A stretch of DNA of 64,000 nt from Treponema sp. Lineage in GTDB: Bacteria; Spirochaetota; Spirochaetia; Treponematales; Treponemataceae. The stretch spans positions 494 to 64,493 of the forward strand of contig JAKSTI010000010.1 in assembly GCA_024402665.1 (NCBI GenBank), in the 5' to 3' direction. Position numbers and translations under genes: made by a program. Below the pieces are notes generated by a model. It was not told where the DNA came from. It searched no databases and saw nothing but the letters and a program-made list of their open reading frames with translations. Positions 59,437 to 64,000 of the stretch are shown here, one piece after another; the stretch's first letter is position 1; every line of letters starts with the position of its first letter.

Positions 59437-59880
59437 TCATAGCTTTTCCCCGTAAGTAATTAGTTCAAAAGTATTTAATATTTCAAAATCATCAGGGTTG
59501 GCTGTTATTATTTTTGAAACACCAGCCTGTGCATAAGCGGCGGCCATAGTTGTATCATTAATTCTTTTTCGTCCAAGATTATGCATAGACATCCATAATA
59601 ACTGCCGTTTTAAAGAATCATCATCTGCATAAACCACACGAACTCTGGAATGATCAATCCAATACCAGCAGCGTTCAATTGCAGTTTCCATAGGAACAGG
59701 ATTAGTAAAACGTCGAGGATCTGTAACTACATGCAAAAATTCATTAAAAATATTACTGTAAATTACAAGAATAGAGTTCTTTTCATTCCGCCACCTATTA
59801 AAAGCTTCAACTGCTGCTGCGTGTCTTGGAGATTCCAGAATTTCAAGATCAATCAAAAAAGCAGTATCAATCCCGGTCAT
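59437..59880 (-). CDS. PIN-domain (VapC-like) toxin
   Basis: IDT..L, E, D..MAA and ITANPDDF acidic PIN motifs. Confidence 0.85.
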   Translation of the reverse strand: MTGIDTAFLIDLEILESPRHAAAVEAFNRWRNEKNSILVIYSNIFNEFLHVVTDPRRFTNPVPMETAIERCWYWIDHSRVRVVYADDDSLKRQLLWMSMHNLGRKRINDTTMAAAYAQAGVSKIITANPDDFEILNTFELITYGEKL

Positions 59881-60133
59881 AAGAACCGCCTAACATTTCG
59901 TCCTGAAAATCTTTAGAAAGCCAGTCTGCATTTTCTTTAAGACCACCAACAGAAACAGGTTCCCAGTCATCAAAGGAATCATTCTTTTTCTGAGATTTTA
60001 AATACATATCCATAGCTTCACGAATCAAATCAGCAGTTTTTCTTTGCTGTTGTTTTGCCAGATGTTGAAACGCCATGTACTGAAGTTCCTCGAAATAAAT
60101 TGAAACTAATTTTTTTGTTTGTAATGCAATCAT
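59867..60133 (-). CDS. CopG/ribbon-helix-helix antitoxin
   Basis: VSIYF...LAKQQQRKTADLIREAMDMYL; overlaps the PIN gene start. Start ATG 60133 follows TTGACA-17-TATATT. Confidence 0.8.
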   Translation of the reverse strand: MIALQTKKLVSIYFEELQYMAFQHLAKQQQRKTADLIREAMDMYLKSQKKNDSFDDWEPVSVGGLKENADWLSKDFQDEMLGGSYDRD

Positions 60134-60265
60134 ATATATAATATATATACATAGCGTATATATGTCAACTTGTTTTAAACATTGTTTATATATGTAAAAA
60201 ATCTTATACATAAAATTCGGTAAATTTAATTTGACTTTAAAACTACCTCATGCTATATTCAAAGC

Positions 60266-60817
60266 ATGAAAGACACTCTTAAATTTTTACGTTTACAAAA
60301 CAATTTTTCTCAAAACAAAGTAGCTGATTATCTTGGCATTTCCAGACAGATGTACATGAAGTATGAATCAGGAGAAACAGAACCAACTGTAAAATGTGTT
60401 CGGGAATTAAGTAAGCTCTACAATGTAACTTACGATATTCTTATTGATGATAAATACAAATCTGAAATTAAAAATGATTCTTATTCAGATAAAACCGATG
60501 GCTCGCTCGAAGTTCACAGTTCAGCTCCAGCATATACCGCCAGCACCGCTTCTATAGATTCCTTAAATTATCGCCAGACTCTTCGCTATCTTTTTAAATT
60601 AAATCGGGAAGATCTTATTAGAATTGCAACAAAAGCCTTAAGAACTGCAGAAGAAAAGAAACAGGCAGAAAAACCAGAAGTTCCAGAAATGAGCCAGGAA
60701 GAAAAAATGCGGTTGTTTCATAAATTAAGTGGATGCATTAAAGATGTTCAGATAGAAGATGCAAAGGCTGAATATTTGAAATATCTGGATGAAAAATATA
60801 GTGATTATATAAAATAA
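60266..60817 (+). CDS. XRE-family HTH protein with antitoxin-like C-terminus
   Basis: LKFLRLQNNFSQNKVADYLGISRQMYMKYESGETEP; C-terminal KLSGCI...EYLKYLDEKY; directly upstream of a PIN gene. Confidence 0.8.
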   Translation: MKDTLKFLRLQNNFSQNKVADYLGISRQMYMKYESGETEPTVKCVRELSKLYNVTYDILIDDKYKSEIKNDSYSDKTDGSLEVHSSAPAYTASTASIDSLNYRQTLRYLFKLNREDLIRIATKALRTAEEKKQAEKPEVPEMSQEEKMRLFHKLSGCIKDVQIEDAKAEYLKYLDEKYSDYIK

Positions 60818-60826
60818 GGTGGGAAT

Positions 60827-61234
60827 ATGAAAATTTTATTGGATACAAATATTTTGCTTGATATGGCAATAAACAGAAATTCCAGTCATGATGCTGCAAA
60901 TGAAGTTATAACATCTTGCGTATCAAAAAAGCATGAAGGATACATCACATCGCATTCCATATGTGATTTTTTTTATATTTGTCGAAAGGAATTTGATTTA
61001 GAATTAAAATGCAATTGGGTCAGCTTTTTTATTAACACCTTCACCATTCTTACAGAAGATAAACAAACTTTTACAAAATGTCTGAATGCAGAAGATTTAG
61101 ATGATCTGGAAGACCAGTTACAAATGGAATGTTCGGCTGCTGCTGAGTTAGATTACATAATTACAAGAAACCTTAAAGATTTTGAAAATTCCAAAGTACC
61201 TGCACTTTCCAGCGAAGAGTTTTTGAAACTGTAA
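60827..61234 (+). CDS. PIN-domain protein (PIN_3-like toxin)
   Basis: MKILLDTNILLD, DLEDQLQ and IITRNLKDF motifs. Confidence 0.9.
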   Translation: MKILLDTNILLDMAINRNSSHDAANEVITSCVSKKHEGYITSHSICDFFYICRKEFDLELKCNWVSFFINTFTILTEDKQTFTKCLNAEDLDDLEDQLQMECSAAAELDYIITRNLKDFENSKVPALSSEEFLKL

Positions 61235-61351
61235 TTTTCCAACGCTTCGTTGAATTTTTGCCAAAAATAAATTGTTAGGAATTAGTGAATCTCTTTGTTA
61301 TAGTTACAGTGTCGACAAAAAACACCGGTGCATAAAAACAACGAGGTAGTT

Positions 61352-62515
61352 ATGAATAATATGTCTTTAGGAAACAACATTAAAAAATTCAGAAAGGAAC
61401 AGGGACTTACACAGGAAGAATTGGCAGCAATTCTTTGCGTTACAAGTCAGGCTGTAAGTAAATGGGAAAGCGAAAACGGTTTGCCAGATACAGCGCAGAT
61501 TGTCCCATTGGCAAAAGCTCTTAATGTTTCTACAGATGCACTGTTTGGATTTGCCAGTTCTTCTTACGATAAACAGCTGGCAGAAAAAATTATCTGGGAA
61601 GCTGATGGAATCCGTGATTCAGGAGAACCTGCAGAAGGTGCATTAAAAGCAGCAGATTTTCTTGATGCAAAATGTGAAGAAGATATTTTTAATTACAGCA
61701 TTCTCATGCGCTATGTTCAGGCTGTTGCACATATGAGTCGTTTTGTAAATTACAATGGATTATTTGCAGACGATAAAGCTGTGTGGCAGAAGTATGTAAG
61801 AAATGCCGAAAATCGTGGCGCACAGGTAATCCGTTATAGTGATGAAAAAGAGCTGGTAGAAAAATGTCATTATGCTTTGGCTTGGATTTATTGGCACGAA
61901 AAAGATTTTGCAAAAGGTCGTGAACATATTGCAGCTTTGCCTTCTGTAAAAAACAATATGCTTCAGGAAACAATTAATTCTTACTACGATTCCATGGAAA
62001 ATAGTGAAGATGGCAACCCTGATTACGAAGCATGGCGTATTTCTGTAAGAGATAATTTCCAGAATTTTGTGCGTGCAATCAATAAGCAGTTTGTTTATTC
62101 CGCAGAATCTACAATGTGGACTTTCCCAATTGAAGTTTCAGAACCCAATGATTTGTGGGTAATTTCTGTTATGGAAAAAATAATGGAAAATGATGTAATG
62201 AAAGCCCATTGTCAAGGATTCTACAGAGACACTGTAAAATATTTGATTGGAGTTTATTTGCGCAACGGAATGGCAGATAAAGCCGCAGAATTGTGGAAAT
62301 CTCTTGTTAAAAAAATGGACGAATATGTTTTATTCTGCGAAAAACAGAATGCTATAGATAAAGCTGAAGCACTGAAAAAGTTCGGTGAAAAATCTGTAAA
62401 AAACATGTCCCATTACACAAAAGAATATGCCGAAAGCAAAAAGCAGTTCATGTTAACTCAGTTGAAGAGCTGGTTTAATGGCGAAGTGTGGCAGTCGTTT
62501 GAAAAGAAGATTTAA
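61352..62515 (+). CDS. XRE-family transcriptional regulator with C-terminal helical/TPR-like domain
   Basis: LGNNIKKFRKEQGLTQEELAAILCVTSQAVSKWE HTH. Start ATG 61352 after GAGG. Confidence 0.85.
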   Translation: MNNMSLGNNIKKFRKEQGLTQEELAAILCVTSQAVSKWESENGLPDTAQIVPLAKALNVSTDALFGFASSSYDKQLAEKIIWEADGIRDSGEPAEGALKAADFLDAKCEEDIFNYSILMRYVQAVAHMSRFVNYNGLFADDKAVWQKYVRNAENRGAQVIRYSDEKELVEKCHYALAWIYWHEKDFAKGREHIAALPSVKNNMLQETINSYYDSMENSEDGNPDYEAWRISVRDNFQNFVRAINKQFVYSAESTMWTFPIEVSEPNDLWVISVMEKIMENDVMKAHCQGFYRDTVKYLIGVYLRNGMADKAAELWKSLVKKMDEYVLFCEKQNAIDKAEALKKFGEKSVKNMSHYTKEYAESKKQFMLTQLKSWFNGEVWQSFEKKI

Positions 62516-62533
62516 GCTGCTCTAAATAATACT

Positions 62534-62618
62534 GAGGGGGAAAGCCTTCCCCCTGGGTTCAACCGCTTTGCGTTTTCACCGCACCCCCTTCACCTAGGGC
62601 TCCGCCCTAAAACCCGAA
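62534..62618. repeat. GC-rich three-hairpin REP-like element
   Basis: GGGGGAAAGCCTTCCCCC (reverse complement of the 2827-2843 motif) plus TAGGGCTCCGCCCTAAAACCCGAA (shared with 379-403). Confidence 0.75.
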
Positions 62619-62886
62619 ATAGAAAAACACTAAAAATTACAGATATAATGCCCCTCAATTTTTGAAGGTCGTCAAACAAAACAAGACAGATAACAGATGC
62701 ATTAAAAAAACTTGAAAAAAAATAGTATCATAAAAAATTTATTAAATCGATTTAATCATTTTTTTATATTTCAATTTGAAATTATTCAAATTTCAATTAA
62801 AATTAAAGTGGAATGTGTAGTTAGGGACTATACACTTTTTACAAAACTAGAACAATGAAGATTGTTTAGATTATTAATTATAAGGA

Positions 62887-63141
62887 GTGATTATTATGAC
62901 AATTACTTTTTGGATTGGACTAGCCATAATTATATTTCTAGGAATTGATATTATTGGCTTTTTTTGTGGAGGATTATCAGATTTACCTACAAGTTTTACG
63001 GAATATTGGTGTTATCCATTATATTATTCATTTTTATACCCAATGGTAAAAGATGGCTTTGGTATGTTTACAGCAAGTATTATCAGAATTTTTGAATTTT
63101 TGGGTATAATAGCAGGTGTAGTTTTAATAATGTTGCACTAA
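62887..63141 (+). CDS. Small hydrophobic membrane protein
   Basis: 84-aa ORF with SD AAGGAG (start may be ATG 62896) and two hydrophobic segments; AT-rich. Confidence 0.6.
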   Translation: MIIMTITFWIGLAIIIFLGIDIIGFFCGGLSDLPTSFTEYWCYPLYYSFLYPMVKDGFGMFTASIIRIFEFLGIIAGVVLIMLH

Positions 63142-63221
63142 TGAAATTTTTCTGGCAATGCAGAATTTATTTTAAGTATAATGACCTGCAATTTTTGGAG
63201 GGTCGAAAAACTCTATATAAA

Positions 63222-63265
63222 AATAAAAAAAATCCCGCCAGTCAGTTTTTTTACCGACCAGCGGG
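63222..63265 (-). terminator. Intrinsic terminator downstream of carB
   Basis: Minus strand CCCGCUGGUCGG-loop-CUGACUGGCGGG followed by AUUUUUUU. Confidence 0.75.
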
Positions 63266-63338
63266 GCGTTGCGGGGTGTCCCCGCAGAAAGGGTAGCGAC
63301 CAACGAAGTGGGCGCGAAGGGGAAGACTTTCCCCTCCT
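63263..63338. repeat. GC-rich three-hairpin REP-like element (related copy of 2771-2846)
   Basis: GGGGCGTTGCGGGGTGTCCCCGC identical to the 2771 copy; CAACGAAGTG and GGGGAAG(A/G)CTTTCCCCTCCT shared. Confidence 0.85.
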
Positions 63339-63373
63339 TTATCTTATTTTACCAGGCTATGATATTCCTGGAG

Positions 63374-63475
63374 AGATTTTACTCCACCTTCTCGTCGCAA
63401 CCTAACGGTTGCTTACCTAGTTTTGTCAGCTTACGCTGCCAAAACTAGCACCGGCTCAGGCGGATTTGCAAATCT
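63374..63475 (-). other. Branched structured element in the carB 3' UTR
   Basis: Outer stem AGATTT/AAATCT and UCCGCCU/AGGUGGA encloses hairpins 63397-63412 and 63417-63448, with GUUA/GUAA loops on the minus strand. Confidence 0.55.
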
Positions 63476-63481
63476 AAAATA

Positions 63482-64000
63482 CTATTTTACTAAAGAATGG
63501 TATTCCTGCAATGACTTAACTCCGCCTTCGCCTCCATTACCGTTCTTAACTGCGGCAATACCTTGAACTGCAGCAACAGCTCCAGCCAAAGTTGTGATGT
63601 ATGAAACTTTGTATTTCAAGCACATCTTGCGGATTGTTTTACGGTCTTCTGCGTAGTTGCGTTTTGCTTTTGGTGTGTTGATTACGAGGCAAACTTCTTT
63701 GTTCATAATCATATCTACTACGTCTGGACGACCAGCACCAATCTTATTTACAACTTCACATTTAATTCCGTTAGCATTGTAGAAATCTGCTGTTCCCTGT
63801 GTAGCAACCAAAGTGAAGCCAAAATCTTTAAGAGTTTTACCAACCATAAGAACCTGATCTTTCTGGTTTTCTTTATCACTTAAGCTGAGCAAGATTTTCT
63901 TGTTTTCCCAAGCTGCAGGAGCGTGTGGTAATTCAGAACCAGCTGCTTCCTGTGATTTGTAGAATGCCATTGGGAAGCTTTCTGCCATACCAAGAACTTC
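63482..64000 (-). CDS. carB: Carbamoyl-phosphate synthase large subunit, C-terminal MGS domain (5' truncated by window end)
   Basis: AFYKSQEAAG, ATQGTA, GRPDVVD, LVINTP and VKSLQEYH motifs. Confidence 0.92.
   Translation of the reverse strand, partial: EVLGMAESFPMAFYKSQEAAGSELPHAPAAWENKKILLSLSDKENQKDQVLMVGKTLKDFGFTLVATQGTADFYNANGIKCEVVNKIGAGRPDVVDMIMNKEVCLVINTPKAKRNYAEDRKTIRKMCLKYKVSYITTLAGAVAAVQGIAAVKNGNGGEGGVKSLQEYHSLVK

Noticed and set aside
821-61973. Numerous 60-125 aa ORFs nested in or antisense to well-supported genes
   Set aside because: They overlap confident CDSs entirely and lack SD sequences or domain motifs, so they were treated as spurious.
63181-63405. 74-aa plus-strand ORF
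   Set aside because: It runs through the terminator and REP-like element and is open only because the repeat is GC-rich.

Overview
AT-rich chromosomal window, most likely from an anaerobic Treponema-like spirochete. This is inferred from the gene repertoire: a FlgD-Ig/OmpA protein next to a UPF0164-like barrel, DUF4954, DUF5312 and spirochaetal TPR proteins. Contents in order: a hexuronate catabolic operon (uxuA-uxuB-uxaC-eda-kdgK); a TPR/barrel/ExbB/ExbD/TonB-like operon; a 2-hydroxyacyl-CoA dehydratase activator; an adenylate/guanylate cyclase; murJ, uvrC, murD and leuA; tRNA-Leu(TAA) and tRNA-Asn(GTT); a LolA/MMPL/DUF3261 export module beside acyltransferase, HAD and GH3 genes; two divergent PIN toxin-antitoxin pairs; and the 3' end of carB. 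The most striking non-obvious signal is in the uronate operon, where every intergenic junction carries a repeat element. A four-helix-bundle (TIGR02436/Avd-like) gene is bracketed by 32-bp inverted heptamer arrays. A near-identical bracket with no ORF encloses a REP-like element, a solo arm of the same architecture lies in frame inside uxaC, and an empty inverted 10-mer bracket lies downstream. Other candidates include a family of modular three-hairpin repeats, an unannotated ~120-nt sRNA, and many apparently leaderless genes. All product calls come from recognising motifs by eye, not from database searches.
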